Part shown: positions 24,415 to 37,829 of the stretch, one piece after another
Position numbering within the stretch: the stretch's first letter is position 1
Layout of the letters: the number at the start of each line of letters is the position of its first letter
Origin: Carcharhinus amblyrhynchos
Lineage: Eukaryota
Assembly (NCBI GenBank): GCA_965287045.1
Contig: OZ336873.1
Coordinates: forward strand, 90,830,001 to 90,894,000
Direction: 5' to 3'
Length of the DNA: 64,000 nucleotides
The notes under the pieces: model-generated
What the model was told of the DNA's origin: nothing
Database searches by the model: none
What the model saw: only the letters and a program-made list of their open reading frames with translations
Program-made: the position numbers and the translations under genes

Positions 24415-24809
24415 ATACAGTGAGAGATTTCAGAGCTCTGAGGTAAGGACATCCCAGTGAATGGTTTGCAAAAGGTTAGTATGTAGGTACAGCAAATAAT
24501 TAGGGAAGCTAATAGAATGTATTGTTTATAACCAAGGAAATTGATTACAAAAGTAGGGAGATTATGCTTCAGTTGTACAGGGCATTGGTGAGGCCATATC
24601 TGCCATAGCATTGATCTATTTGTACTGTATTATCATTCAGAAACAATTTACTGGACTAATATCAGGAATGGGTAGGTAATCTTATGAAGAATGGTTGGGC
24701 AGGCTAGACTTGTCTCAGCTAGAGTTTAAAAAAGTAAGAGGTGACTTGATTGAAACATCCTGAAGGGTCTTGACAGAGTGGAAAGAATTTTATCCTTTTG
24801 TGGGAGAAT

Positions 24810-25010
24810 CTCGGAATTTTCCTATCGCTCAAACTGGTAGAATTTTCAGGTTCTGTCAACTGTACATCCCATCAGAGGTTTCCCAGAGGAAAGGGGTGCA
24901 TTCAATGCGAAACCTCATTGACAAGTACATGACCAGAAGATCCCGCCACCAATGGCGAGCCACCTCTACCTCTGTGAAACACGCAGTGGGTTGTGGAGAA
25001 AGCCCTGCCC
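24810..25010. mobile_element. Harbinger-type MITE
   Basis: Ends cggaattttcc / ggagaaagccctgccc; interrupts CR1. Confidence 0.55.
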
Positions 25011-27349
25011 TAGGAGTCAGTACTTAAAGATATGCAGTCACCCATTTAAGACAGAAATGAGGAAATGTTTTATTCTTATAGGAATTGTGAGTCTTTGGAA
25101 CTCTCTTCATCAAAATCCAGTTGAAGCAGAGTCTTCAGATATTTTTGAAATAGAGAAAGATATATTCTCGATGGGCAAAGGAGTGAGATGTTATCCAGGG
25201 GAGGTGGGAATGTGGTTTTAAGCTTATCATCAGATCAGCCATGATTTTATTCAATGGCAGAGCAGGTTTCAGGAATTGTGTAGTCTAATCCACCTAGTTC
25301 ATATGTTTAGAAGTCTAACAGGGTGCTCTAAAAGATGCCATATTTCCGATTCTATTATTTAACTGTACACAAGGAGCGTGATAGCAATGTGAAATATAGA
25401 GTTGTGTTCAGGTGAGGGTCACAGTGAGTCAGGGTTAATATAACAGTCAGAATTAATGTCAACCTTAGCCTTAAGAATCACATATGGGTTAATGTTAAGA
25501 TTGTAGTGTGTGCCCTTGTTGTAGCTCATGATTAAACTGAGGGGAAAAAAAAATCAGGGTTTGACCGAGGATCCATACCACATGTTAGAGTATTTAGCTC
25601 AAGTGCTATAAATCTCTTGTTTGTAGTAGTTTTTATTGCCACAATCAGGAGCATAAACAATTGTTAAAATATTATAGCTAGGCATAAAGCTATGGAAAAA
25701 GATTGCCCTCTGTTAATGTTAATCCAGAGTGACATTTACAAGACTGCACCAGGGAGCCACCTAGTAACTAAACATCATAAAATATGTACATTATTCATCT
25801 GCACCAGTACCTTATGCACTGAGCTGAAAATCTGTGATCTAGACCTGCCCAAGGCCTACAAGAATCTGGTGACATTGATCCATCAAGTATCCATTTAGTT
25901 CATTAGAATTTTTTTTCTCACAGTAGGATTATACTTTTAGTTTCAACAGTTGGATTTGCAGAACTAGAGGGTGTGGAGTCAAGCATTGGGGAGGACGTTA
26001 GCAAGATGCAGTTAATCATTGATTGACAGAATTTTCACCTAAGTAATTCATGGATGAGCAATGCAATTTGATTAAACATGATACACGGTATTTATAGACA
26101 TCAGGATAATACATACCAATCCTTTGCCCTACACCTTTAAATCTCCCTTCACAAAAACACTCAGAACTCAGGCACAGTCTTTTTATTTCTACCATTTGTT
26201 TAATGTGCTTGTATAATTATTGTTTATAACACCTGTCTTCTGTTTCCTAATCTACTGCTCCTTCCAATAGCTACTTCAGTGGGAAACCTGCTGCATCCAT
26301 TTATCCCACTACCCCGCCCTCTACTGCCCTTGCCTTTATCCTTCCACACCACTGGTGAGAATCCCACAGATTTTGAAAGATGCTAACACTTGGGTATGAG
26401 TTTCAATGCCAACATGTCAGAGTTCACTGACTGCCCCCTGATGCTGATGGCTAATGCATTGGACAGGTCTATTTTTCCTCATACTCTCTCCCAGTGCTAA
26501 TATTCAGAATTACTGTGCTTGTATATAGTAAACCGAGCTCTCAGAAAAAGCAATTTGATACTGAAATGCAACACAAGGGAAGACAAAGAGAAAAGTACGG
26601 GCGGTTCAGATTTATACCCATCCCAAATGAATTTCAATTTATCTCAACTTCAAAATTTTGGCCCAAAGAATTTCATTTATAAAGAAATTCTCATGCTGAA
26701 TGTTTTGTAAATTCTCAATCCCAATGAACCCTCCTGTCATTGTCGCGCCATCATTCTATTTTTGAACGTTGACCACATCATTAGGAAAGGGAAAAGCAAG
26801 ATCTCATTCACAAACTGAAGGATTGAAACAGCCTACAAATTAATCCCAAGTTTAAACAGTTCCCCTTGGTGTTAAATGGTTAATTGCTCAATTGTTAAAC
26901 TCATCACTGACCAATTTTTCTTTCAGCCTCATTGGATTTTCTTTTGGATGAGCTCCAGGCATCAAAAAAACCTCTAGGTGGAATATTGCCCATTTAAGAA
27001 TGCAAAATAATGCATTACTGCAGATTTGCATTGTATTTACAGCATAGAAATAGACTATTCAGCACTGGTAGTCGCTACAAGTGTTTATTAACTTTTTTTT
27101 CATATTTCAATTACTCAGTTTGATTTAACTCTATCAGCACATCATCAAGTTTTTATCCTTGTATTATTATCTAGTTTCTGTTTCAGCTTCACACTATTCT
27201 AACCACTTTCTGCATGAAGAATTTTCTCCAGTATTCCAACCTTACACTTAAATTTATGCTAATGCTGAAATATGTCTATTTATATACTTGCAGCAGCTTA
27301 AAGCAACAGACAACATTATTTCCACATTGAAAGAAGTATTCAGATTTTG

Positions 27350-28140
27350 TATTGGCCACCATGTCTCCAGACAGGCAGAAAAATCTCATGTTCTCAGCTG
27401 AGAGAATGGAAATATTGCGACAGGAAATAATGGCAGAAGAGGGAGATAATATTTTTGCCAAGCACCCAAGAAGTACTACCAAGTGGTATTGGCAGAAGGT
27501 AATCAGGCCAATGATACCAATGTCACCATCTCCATACATAGAACATAGAACATTACAGCGCAGAACAGGCCCTTCGGCCCACGATGTTGTGCCGACCAGT
27601 TAAAAAGCCATGACCCTCTAACCTAAACCAAACCCTTTCCATCCATAAACCTATCCACGGATCTCTTAAACGCCCCCAAACTAGGCGCATTTACAACTGC
27701 AGCAGGCAGGGCATTCCAATCCCTCACCACCCTCTGGGTAAAGAACCTACCCCTGACATCCGTCCTATAACTACCACCCCTTAATTTAAAGCTATGCCCC
27801 CTCGTGCTAGCTTTCTCCATCCGAGGAAAAAGGCTATCACTGTCCACCCTATCCAAACCTCTGATCATCTTATATGTTTCAATAAGGTCCCCTCTTAGCC
27901 GCCTTCTTTCTAACGAAAACAACCTCAAATCCCTCAGTCTCTCCTCATAGGACCTCCCCTCCATACCAGGCAACATCCTGGTAAACCTCCTCTGCACCCT
28001 CTCCAAAGCCTCCACATCCTTCCTATAATGTGGGGACCAGAACTGCACACAATACTCCAAGTGCGGCCGCACCAGAGTCTTGTACAGTTACATCCAGACT
28101 GTGCCAGCAAATGTTTCATGAACTTACCAGATCATGACGA
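27350..28140 (+). mobile_element. Harbinger Myb/SANT accessory-protein relic split by a CR1 insertion
   Basis: FSAERMEILRQEI..NIF..KWYWQKV before the insert and CQQMFHELTR after it. Confidence 0.55.
27537..28089 (-). mobile_element. Young 5'-truncated CR1 LINE
   Basis: Intact 149-aa ORF2 C-terminus (RPHLEYCVQFWSPHYRKD..FFTQRVVRDWNALP) and tail (ctatgtt)n. Confidence 0.93.
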
Positions 28141-28944
28141 CAAAAGAAAATACATGAAACCCTTCAAGAATGCATTTTATTAAGCATGCCTGCCTTTTGC
28201 AATGATGTTAAAGTATCTCCCAGTTAATGTACCTATGAATGCATGTGCCTTGAATTCATAGGTTTCACATCGAGCTGCTCATTTACTCAGTGTTATATGC
28301 CTTCATGCCTCAAAAGCTTTTTATGGAATGTAAACGCTGATGTGTGCACCAATCAGTAGTCCCATTAGGTTTTACTGCAAGTCATAAGCAAAGTGTGGTT
28401 CTCAACACCTGAGCTTATTTTCCAGGAACGTAGCAACAAGTGATGGCCCCTCAACCTTTCACTTAAATAAAGACTAATCACAGCAAATCCTGTTGAGGAT
28501 GTTTTACACTGATCAGAGACAAGATTATAAAAAGAGAAGTGCCATCTGCCTTCTTCTTATTTATTTATCCTGCCTCTCATTAACTGTTAGTAAATGTATT
28601 ATTACTCACTCCACTCTTTCTATGCAAGCAACATGAGAACTCAGTTAATTGGGAAACTACAATAACCTCTCCTCGAGATGTTGTTAAAAGAGACATCTGG
28701 ATTTGCCAATATTTCATAGCATCTGCTACTTCCCACGTTATCCCTCCCAAGCCACCATTTGGAGACATTAGAGTGCAGTGCACTGGGTGATGCACTGACC
28801 ACATGAACAGGAGGAGCAGCTGAGAGGGGCCAGAACATTAAATTACATAGAGTCACAACTAAGGATCCCTTAGACTACTAAAAACCTAATGCTTCCAGAG
28901 CATCAGACCAGGAAGCTAGGCCAAATGGTATACTGCATATTTTG

Positions 28945-29860
28945 TTAATTCTTTCATGGGATGTGGGCATCACTAGCTAGGTCATCATTTATTGCCCATC
29001 TCTAATTGCCCTTGAGAAGATGGTGATGAACAGCTTTCTTGAGCCATTGCGGATCATGTAGGTACCCCTAGTATTGTTAGGAATTTGACCCAGTGACAGT
29101 GAATGAATGGTGATGTAATTCCAAGTCAGGATTGCGTGTGACTTGGAGGGGAACTTGCAAGTGGTGATGTTCCAATGCATCTCCTGTCCTTGACTTTCTT
29201 GGTGGGAGATGTTGTGGGTTGGATTGTGCTAATGAAGAAGCCCTGGTGAGTTGCTGCAGTGCATCTTGTAGATTGTACAAACTACTGGAACTGTGCATGA
29301 GTGGCGGAGGGCGTTCAAGGCGATAGATGGAGTTCCAATCAAGTGGGCTAGTTTGTCCTGGATGATATTAAGCTTCTTGAGCATTGTTGGAGCAGTGCTC
29401 ATCAAGGCAAATGGAGATATTCCATCATATTCCTGACTTAATGTACCTTGGCAATGGTGGACAGGTTTTGAGATGTCAGGAGATTAGTTACTCTCTAGAG
29501 AATTCCCAGCCTCTAACGTGTTCCTGTAGCCACAGTTTGTATAAGGACGGTTCCATTTAATTTATGAGTAATGGATTATTATATATGCCCCTATGGGCTA
29601 AGAATCATGAGGTAGGCTTGGTAACTTGAACAATAGGAGCTTTTTATTGAGTTGTGCAGTGATTCGCAGTCAACTTTAAGACTGCCCAGCCGGATCCCAC
29701 ACTGGGAGGACCTAATTGCCCTGGTGTCACTTTTAAAGGGACAGTCCACAACTCAAATTCCCAACATACAAATAAATACATATATCACATGGATGTTGAT
29801 TATGGGGATTCAGTGAGGGTGACGCCATTGAATGTCAAGGGAAGATAATTGGATTCTCTG
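28945..29860 (-). mobile_element. CR1-related (Zenon-like) LINE 3' part interrupted by a solo LTR
   Basis: MEYLHLP..TMLKKLNIIQDK and TCKFPSKSHAILTWNY plus shared tail. Confidence 0.8.
29577..29789 (-). mobile_element. Solo LTR
   Basis: 5-bp TSD TGGAT both sides; terminal inverted repeat TATTATATATG / CATATATCACA; AATAAA on the minus strand. Confidence 0.75.
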
Positions 29861-29867
29861 TTCGCAC

Positions 29868-29996
29868 ACGGAAAACAGAAAATGTTGGAAAATCTCAGCA
29901 GGTCTGATAGCACCTGTGGAGAGAAAACAGAGAATGTTTCAGTCTAGATAATCCAGAGATCTGATGAAGGGTCATCCGGAATCAAAACGGTAACTC
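29868..29996. mobile_element. Penelope pseudo-LTR fragment in inverted configuration with degenerate hammerhead
   Basis: Minus-strand copy of the tail seen at 31860-31940 followed by plus-strand ctgatgaagggtc..gaatcaaaacggtaactc. Confidence 0.7.
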
Positions 29997-30452
29997 ACAA
30001 TCTTGGTATCATGTTTGACCCTGAGGTGTGCTTCCAACTATATATTTGCGCCATCACTAAGACCATCTATTTCTATCTCCGTAACATCTGCCTCAACTAA
30101 TCTGCTACCAAAACACTAATTTATCCTTTTGTTACCTTTAGGTTTGACTATTCTAATCTACTTCCAGCTGGTCTCCAACATTCTACTGTCCTTGAACATG
30201 AGGTCATCCCATTTCCCTACTGTGCTCATTGACCTACATTGGCTACCTGTCAAACATGTCTTGAATTTAAAATTCTTGTTTTAAATCCCTCAATGGCATC
30301 ACCCTTCACCATCTCTGTAATGTCCCCTAGCCCCACAACTCTCAGAGATATCTGTGCTCATGTATTTCCAGCCTCTTGAACATAATGCTCCTGTGAAAAA
30401 CAGTTTTATTATATTAAAGCCATTATATAAATATAAGTTGTTGCTGATGTTG
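29996..30452 (+). mobile_element. L2 LINE 3' fragment
   Basis: NLGIMFDP, ITKTIYFYLRNI, TLIYPFVTFRFDYSN; tail tatataaatataagttgttg. Confidence 0.85.
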
Positions 30453-31131
30453 TTTTGAATTGCACCTTTATTGGGTTCAATTGATTGCCAAGTGTAGTAT
30501 GAATACCTGCTAATCCAGATTTTTCTTTTTGCTCCCCTCATGACTCCAAGCATCTGGCTCAAATTCACATGAAAGTATCAGATAACATGGTCCTCACACT
30601 ATCAATAGCATCAGGACACATTCTAGGGAGTGAATTGTGAATAAATTATTGACAGTAAACTATATAGATTATGACAAGTGATGGGCCCTTAAACAGAAGC
30701 CATTGACACAGACTGCACAAAAATCACAATCACTAATTCTCCAAGCAGCAATAGTGAGGGTGCCCCATGTGCAGCGACTGGAACTGGAAAGAATCATTTC
30801 AATGTAATGGAGTTTAGATACCCTCTAATTATGGGCAGTAAAATTGATTGGGAATGTATCACAGGGTGCAGGTGTTTTTTGGTCTTTCATTATACCAATT
30901 ATTTTTACATTGCCGTGGAAGGAATTATATCAGAGTTTGCTGGCAACACCAAGCTAGGGACACAGTAAACAGTGAGAAAATATTCATTGCAATTTTTTAG
31001 CTTCCCAATTCTGCTTAGAGTTAACAACACAAACCTTTGAAACAAATTGAGGTAGATCACTGAAACATAAGGACCAAAGACAGTCAGTTCATTGTAGTAT
31101 TCATACATTTTTCAGAGAAGTTGGATATTGT

Positions 31132-33800
31132 TGTAAAGTGTTGGTCATAGATAGATCTTATTAAGGTATTTGTAGTTTTAGCTAGTTTGATAGTAAGTAT
31201 TTATTAACCACTAGAAACTATATACATAAGTACAATAACGTTCCAAGTTTGGAGCTGTCTCTATGATTGCTTCTCTATACTGGGGAGGCTAAGCGCATTC
31301 TGGGTAACTACTTTGTGAAACACCTTCAGTTTGCAAGCATAACTCTGACCTTCCTGCCACTTGCCATTTCAACCCATCATCTTGCTCCCATGTCCATATT
31401 TCCATCCTTGGCCTCTGCACTGTTCCAGTGAAGCCCAACTCAAACCAAAGGAACAACAATTCATCTTCCGATAAGACACTTTACAGATTTCTGAACGTAA
31501 CATTGAGATAAACAAATTCAGACAATGAACCTTTTGATCCTTTTCTAAATCATTTTAACCCAACCCCACAGGGCCATCTGTAACTTGTTATCTTTTGCTT
31601 CCACAGAGCGCTGACCCTTGTTCTGCTATTAACATATTCTGCCATCTTACCTTAATGATGCCATCAGCACCTTCTTTAATCTTCAACAATATCATTATTT
31701 TGTTTTGTGTCGGTAACATTTTTTCAAATCCATCCTGAGCTCCCAGTTATCCATGACCATCTATTTTGGCCCATCTCCTCTGCTCCCTCTTCAACAATAT
31801 AAGGCCCATCATATTAGTACCTCTCTTCAGCTCTGAAGAAGAATCATATGGGCTTGAAATGTTAACCCTGTTTCTCTCTCTCCATTGATGCCTTTAGACC
31901 TGCTGAGTTTTCTAGCATTTTTTTGTTTTTGTTTCAGATTTTCAAAATCCACAGTATTTTTACTTTTATTTTTGCATTTGGAAAGTTATCCCAGTTGATC
32001 TCTTGTATTTACAATATTACTACTACCCTATCTGCAGCACCACCCCACCCCCCCCCCCCCCAACTCAAATCTCTGAGTCCAGAGGTTCAGGTAGTTTGGA
32101 GACCTTAGAACTCTTCCACACCTTGTTCTCACTATTGTTGGAGGAATGGTAGGCCCTGTTGCTGTGGGTAAACTTGCTAACTCGGAGGTTGTTCTGACAT
32201 TTGGGGGTGTTTTCCCCTTTTTTTCTATTTTTTTTTGTTGACTCCTCAATCCTAGTGGTAAATAGTGATTAGCCATCCTATTCTTTATGGTGTGGACAAA
32301 CTTCAGACTTTTATCAATGGTGATATCTCCTCATCCTTCATGTGGCTCACCATGATGCATGCTGGGATGGAAGATACTTCATTCTGTTGTGAGAGTGTGA
32401 CTTGATAGTAAATTCACCTTTGCACTTGGCTGTGTGGTGTGCTGTCATCAATGATGGCTGCTTCTCAGCATCATTTGTGGTACTGTAATGCTGGCTGGGG
32501 ATCGCAGTGTCTGCTCTGTGGTCTTAGGGTTTATCTCTCTAACTAATGTCAGAGTCAAAGGTTGAGACTGTTCTCATTGCTGGTTCCTCTCATGACTGCC
32601 CTGGTATTGTAGTAGTCATCTAAGTGTTTGGCTGGTGTGACAAATGAGGGTCTTCTGGCACCTGTTAGCAAAAGCAGACAATCCTGCTCTGCAGACAGAG
32701 AAGACAGTTCAGGGCTGAAGTGTCCGTTAAGAACATCTTTCTTGGTGGAGCTCTCAGGAACTTGCAGTTCTGTATAATTTTAGACTTGGTGGATCTTGAC
32801 ATCTCCCTCCATTTTGAGGAGATTCAAAGCTATAAAGGGGACCTGAAGTCCAAATAAATCAGAGATAAAATAATTGTAGGAGTGGCTGATAATGCACCTT
32901 CAGGATACATCAAGCAAATGAAGATTGAACCTTTTGAGAAAGCCATCCAGATTGTCAGGTAATATGCTCCAGAGAGAAAATGACTGGTTATGATGCTGTA
33001 CACCAGCCGTACCTTAGTGATACCTGAATTACAAGAAGTTAGACCCCTTCAGGCCCATAAATTGATGCATCTGTTGTTCATAACCAGTGGTCTCTCAGCC
33101 CCAGTTCTCAGTCTGATAAGACCATAACACTGGCTTCCGATTTCAACTTAAAATTTGTGATATAACCATTAACTAAGATTTCAGAACCAATATCCAGGAT
33201 CTTTCACTTTATCCAAGAAGCAGAGTTGTGTGTTCTCTTGGTGTGCTGTCTTAACCCATGAATCCTTTTTGGATTTTCTGTGCCTTTCGATGTTTTGGCT
33301 TTGCACAGTTTCCTGAAGTGTCTTATTTGGTTACGTTCAAAGCATTTGGTTAAAATTGTCAAACATTGATCATGCCTGTGGAGACGTTTTGTTCCACAGG
33401 ACTGGCATTGTCACTCTGCTGGTCAGTTAGGTGGTTATTGCTTCCCTTGGCCTGGAATGTCCCTGTTTCTGTGCTGTTTCACTAGCTGGACAATTGAGTT
33501 TACTTTGTATCATACCTTACTTTCTCCACTTAATGTGAATCTGTGCAATAAGTGGATTTCCGATTCCCTGACAATCTGGATGGCTTTCTCATAGGTTAGA
33601 TCTTCATTTGCTTGTTATACGTCTGAGAGTGTCAGCCACTTCTACAATTATTCTATCTTTGATTTGGACTTCAGGTCCCTGTAATCACAGTCTTCAGCCA
33701 TGAAGGAGTTGACATGGCCTCTTAGCTGCTGGATTTGTTTATTAAATTTATCCCTTTCAAAGATTTTGTTACTTCTGAACTTAAAATAAGTATAGAAGAA
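31132..33800 (-). mobile_element. Internally deleted Gypsy relic (gag, protease, integrase tail, PPT, probable 3' LTR)
   Basis: gag AEDCDY..KDRIIVEVAD..LTYEKAIQIVR, decayed CCHC, protease FKLKSEASV, terminal RTRCGRVLRSPNYL, poly-G PPT at 32043-32061; RT not recognisable and 5' LTR not confidently found. Confidence 0.65.
31281..31975 (+). mobile_element. Penelope-like element 3' part (GIY-YIG C-terminus plus pLTR with decayed hammerhead)
   Basis: GEAKRILG..H, DLPATCHFN, EQQFIFR; tail ctgaagaagaatc..ggcttgaaatgttaaccctg..agacctgctgagtttt. Confidence 0.85.
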
Positions 33801-34959
33801 TGTTAAAACTACAGCTAACTTTGCAGATGATTCAGTAATTATTACAAGTTCAACTGATTATCTGAAATTGGTTGTTAGTGTAGCTATCACATAGTCAGGA
33901 TTGTTCAGCAAGTGCTGTGTAATGATGGAATCAAATCTAATAGTAGACATTTTGTTTTGCAAGCACGAGCAGATTGTGAGTGGTTTTTGCTCTGTCTTTT
34001 ACCACAACTGAAGGAACATGTTGGTTGATCAATCAGTCAGTTGTACTGAAATTCATATACAACAATGCTAAATTGTGCGACAGTAACATCCTGTTAACAG
34101 AAAATACCACTCACTTGACCACTATATAATCGTAGTGTGAAACAGCTCAACTTCATCTATGGTCCACTTTTTTTAAGATACTTTGCCTTCCTAGGGTAAT
34201 TTGAGGTAAACTAGGTGTTTTTCAGATTTCATAGTTGCAGTTTTTGGCCTAGTTGTGAGTTTACATGATACACAGCAAACAAGGATTGCCATAAAAGGGC
34301 CGAAGTGTTGACAGATGGTAATGAGGGAACCACCCCACACAGAACCCTATCACCATCATCCACCTCCTAGGCCTCTTAAGTGAACAAAATATCTACAGAA
34401 TTCTGCTCTGTGTCACAGGCTACCCCTGGTGTGATGCTGAATAGCAGCCTTTGGAGATATCTACTTGCATCTTCATGATGAGGCTGACCATCCCAGTCCC
34501 AGGCTAGTGAGCAGTCTGCTTCCACCTCATCCTCATTCCTGGAAGAAGTAACTCGTCAGGGTAGCAATGAGTTCAGGCTGCCATCTAAATAATGTTACTT
34601 TATGGGTCGCTTGTGTATTTATGATGTATACAACATCAAACCGATATTTGATAACACACAGTTGTGTTTTCATTTGTGCATTTTCATTTCATCCCATTAA
34701 AAGGTAGGGGACAAGAAAATAAGGATTAGCAGGGCAAAAGGGCATGTTGAGGAAGTGTATGTCAGATGCAGACTCCGGAACCTTGCAGTGTTTGTGCCAC
34801 GGGAAACTTTCTGCCTTTTGTTTTTAATGAATAATTTCTCTCACTTGGATGGAGTTGAATCTTCTCTCTCAGTATCATGTAGACTAATATCCCTTAAGTG
34901 AAGCATGTCTGGATTAGTGTTGTTCTGGTATTGTCGTCATCCTGATGAGTACTCTGCTT

Positions 34960-36310
34960 CCTAAGCCTAGTACAGCAACATCATTACAAATCCTCATCCT
35001 CCTTCTCTTCTGAGGAACTGTTCTAGTCCTCCTCGGTCTCCAAGGTCAACACTCCTGTTGTGAAGTGCAATGTAGACCATCCTTAATGCATGAAACTCTC
35101 GAGGTAGTGTATAGGAGGATGCCACTTGATTAGTCAAGACACCTGAACATAAAAGATAGGTAATGGCCTAGTTGTGTTATTCCAGGACTATTAATCCAGA
35201 AACTCAGCTAATGTTCTGGGAACTCGGGTTCGAATCCTGTCACGGCAGATGGTGGAATTTGAATTCAATAAAAAATATCTGGAAGTAAGAATCTGCTGGT
35301 GACCATGAAACCATTGCTGATTGTTGTAAAAATCCATCTGGTTCGCTAATGCATTTTGGCGAAGGAAATCTGCCATCCCTATCTGGTCTGGCCTACATTT
35401 GACTCTAGACCCACAGCAATGTGGTTGACTCTCAACTGCCCTCAGGAAACTAGAGGTGGGAAATAAATGCTGGCCAGCCAGAAACACCCACGTCCCATGA
35501 CACTTGTGCTCATGTGGCATCTTCTTAGTGCCACTCAGCCTCTACAGCAGGGTTACATACCCGGGTGTTCAACTATCTTCTCATGGAAGATGGCCAGCTA
35601 CAGATTTTCAATTGCTCCATGAAGAGCTGGGGCACCTGTGATTGCCAAATGATGAAGGCATCATGGTAGCTTCCAGGGTAGTGTGTGCTCACCAGCATAA
35701 AGCGTTTGCCGTGGTGATAGACCAGTTGACTATTTAGGGAATGGAATCCCTTCCTGTTGAACAATTTCTCTAGCTGGTCACATGAGCACAATTGGTGATC
35801 CTTTGCATCTGAGGAGGGCTGGCAATGGAGACAGTTCTCACTGACTTTGACATTAATTGCTTCTATCTATCTTGAACTTGATGTAATTCGTTGTGCCCTC
35901 AAGAAGTGCATTCTGTTACCTCCATGCAATGATATGCTGCTGCCTGCAAGATGCTACCAATGCCTGCTTTTGCTGTTGCTTGGATGAATCCAGTAACAAA
36001 AAGTGCATGGTCATTGTGATTTTTATAGCTATGGGAAGACAATGGTGATGTTCTTACAAAGTGTCTGAAGACCCTCAACCAGAGCACACTAGTCAGCAAC
36101 TATCTACCTAACGTTCTACAGCACTGACATTCCAAATTGTCCAATAAGTTTTTCCTTTGGCACTCACCTTCATAAAGCGTTAGGTGTGGTGACAGACCAG
36201 TTGACAATTCAGGAAGTGGAATCCCTTCCTGTTGAGCAATTTCTCTAGCTGGCCACATGAACACAATCGATGATCTCCTCATCTGAGGAAAGCTGGCAAT
36301 GGAGGCTGAT
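34960..36310 (-). mobile_element. PIF/Harbinger DDE transposase relic
   Basis: NRKGFHSLNSQLV..YPGSYHDAFII, GFIQ..GSILQAAAYHC, RCLD.SSGILLY and acidic tail. Confidence 0.85.
35165..35500 (+). mobile_element. tRNA-derived SINE with Zenon-like LINE tail
   Basis: B-box gggttcgaatcc, body, and tail aataaatgctggccagccag..cccacgtcccatga shared with the LINE at 54250. Confidence 0.8.
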
Positions 36311-36899
36311 CTCGCTATCCCTACATCTTCACTGTCTTCCTGCTCCAGATTCCTGACCCCCACTTCTTCTACTATAGATGCTTCTCTTCATTTATGGTCA
36401 ACCTAATCTTAGGGTCGCTTAATCACACTTCCTGATATATCCTTCCTTCCTATCAGAATATGCAATCTTCCTGAAACCCTTTTCATGAGCCCATGAGACC
36501 TGCAAGCCACTGGACCCTTCCACGCCATCCCTCAAAGCCTTTCTATTACGTCTAGAGTGAAGCGATACCCAGGCCAAGAATTAAAGCCGGGTCCTCGTTT
36601 ACTGATGTCTATTGTTATTCCAATGTTCTAACGGAATCCCCAATATATTTGTGCCTGTCCCTACTTTTATCATTAAGACCATTTATGGATCCCATGCTTT
36701 CTCTCTCCCGTTTCATGTACAATCTTCAGATATTGGAGGGTTGCTGATCATGACTGTCGATATCTCCCTAACCTATAGTAATAAGATGTGGCAATGAAAA
36801 AATGGCAGGCCCCAAGAATCGCCTCAGCTGGTAAGTTGCGTTATTAAGCACTACATTTCACTCAACTAATTGGTCTTATATCCCATGCCTAACAAAGAA

Positions 36900-37410
36900 A
36901 ATTAATGAACTAACAAGTTCGTAGCTTACTTGGTCATTTATTACAGCAGGGATGTTGGAAAGTCAATGGATAAAGTACAATGAACATTCAATAGTATGAT
37001 ATCAGATATACAATTGTAATGGAAAGCTTGAAAACTAAGGTTGTGTTCAGTGAAGTAGAGAAGATTAAAGAAGAGCTGGTATCAGTTTTCAAAGCAATGT
37101 AAAGTAAATGGTTCTGAACAATCATTTCCAATGCTCAGTGATTCAGAAACAAGAGGTAATAAATTTAGAATTAATACAAGTAGTAAAGGGTGAGAAATAT
37201 GGTTTCACACAAAGATATTAGAATATGTAATACTTTATCATAAGTGGCTATTGATATCAAATATTCTGCAACAATTGAAAAAAAGCCATTGAATAATTGC
37301 CTGAAGAAAAGTATTATAGACCCCAGGGGAAGAATAGGAAACATTAAAACCGTCGACTTGGCTGGGCGAGCTAGTATTGGCAAGTTGGACCAAATTACCT
37401 TCTATTTGAT
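36900..37410 (+). mobile_element. Very old CR1 3' end
   Basis: Degenerate LxxFSxxxRRLxxxLVxVFK and TRGNKFR motifs. Confidence 0.55.
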
Positions 37411-37829
37411 GGAATTTTTTATTATTATATGAGTATATTCATATAGATGATTTAACTTTTGTTACCTACCTCCACCTATACAGGATGTGTCATTGTTAAC
37501 AATCTGAACTAAAATGGAAACTCACAATTAGCTGTGAATATGATTAATTTCTGATTAAGCACCTTATTGCTGATATATTGTTTTGACCACAAGGTATGAA
37601 TAATATGACATAAAAGCAAACTAAATTTGCTTATTGCAAATCATCTGACTTTAAGTGATTGATACTTTCAGAAACTAATATTGTCTATGGATAAATTCTC
37701 CCATTCATCTGCAATCTGAGCTCAACCACCTTCTCTCCCAAATCTGCAGCTCAAAGCCATCACTTTATTCAAAGTTATTCAATGTCCTCAGTTCCAATCA
37801 ATGTGATCACTTTGAAAGCTAAAATAAAT

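Larger units (their letters stand above)
22110..25310 (+). mobile_element. Long decayed CR1 ORF2 carrying five nested insertions
   Basis: LNLNKGN, ELNRYFASVFT, DWKIANASP, PQGSVPG, AKFAGNTKI and CR1 tail; interrupted by MITEs and SINEs. Confidence 0.9.

Noticed and set aside
35573-35791. Domesticated HARBI1-like host gene
   Set aside because: Frameshifts, stops and a SINE insertion show it is a dead transposase
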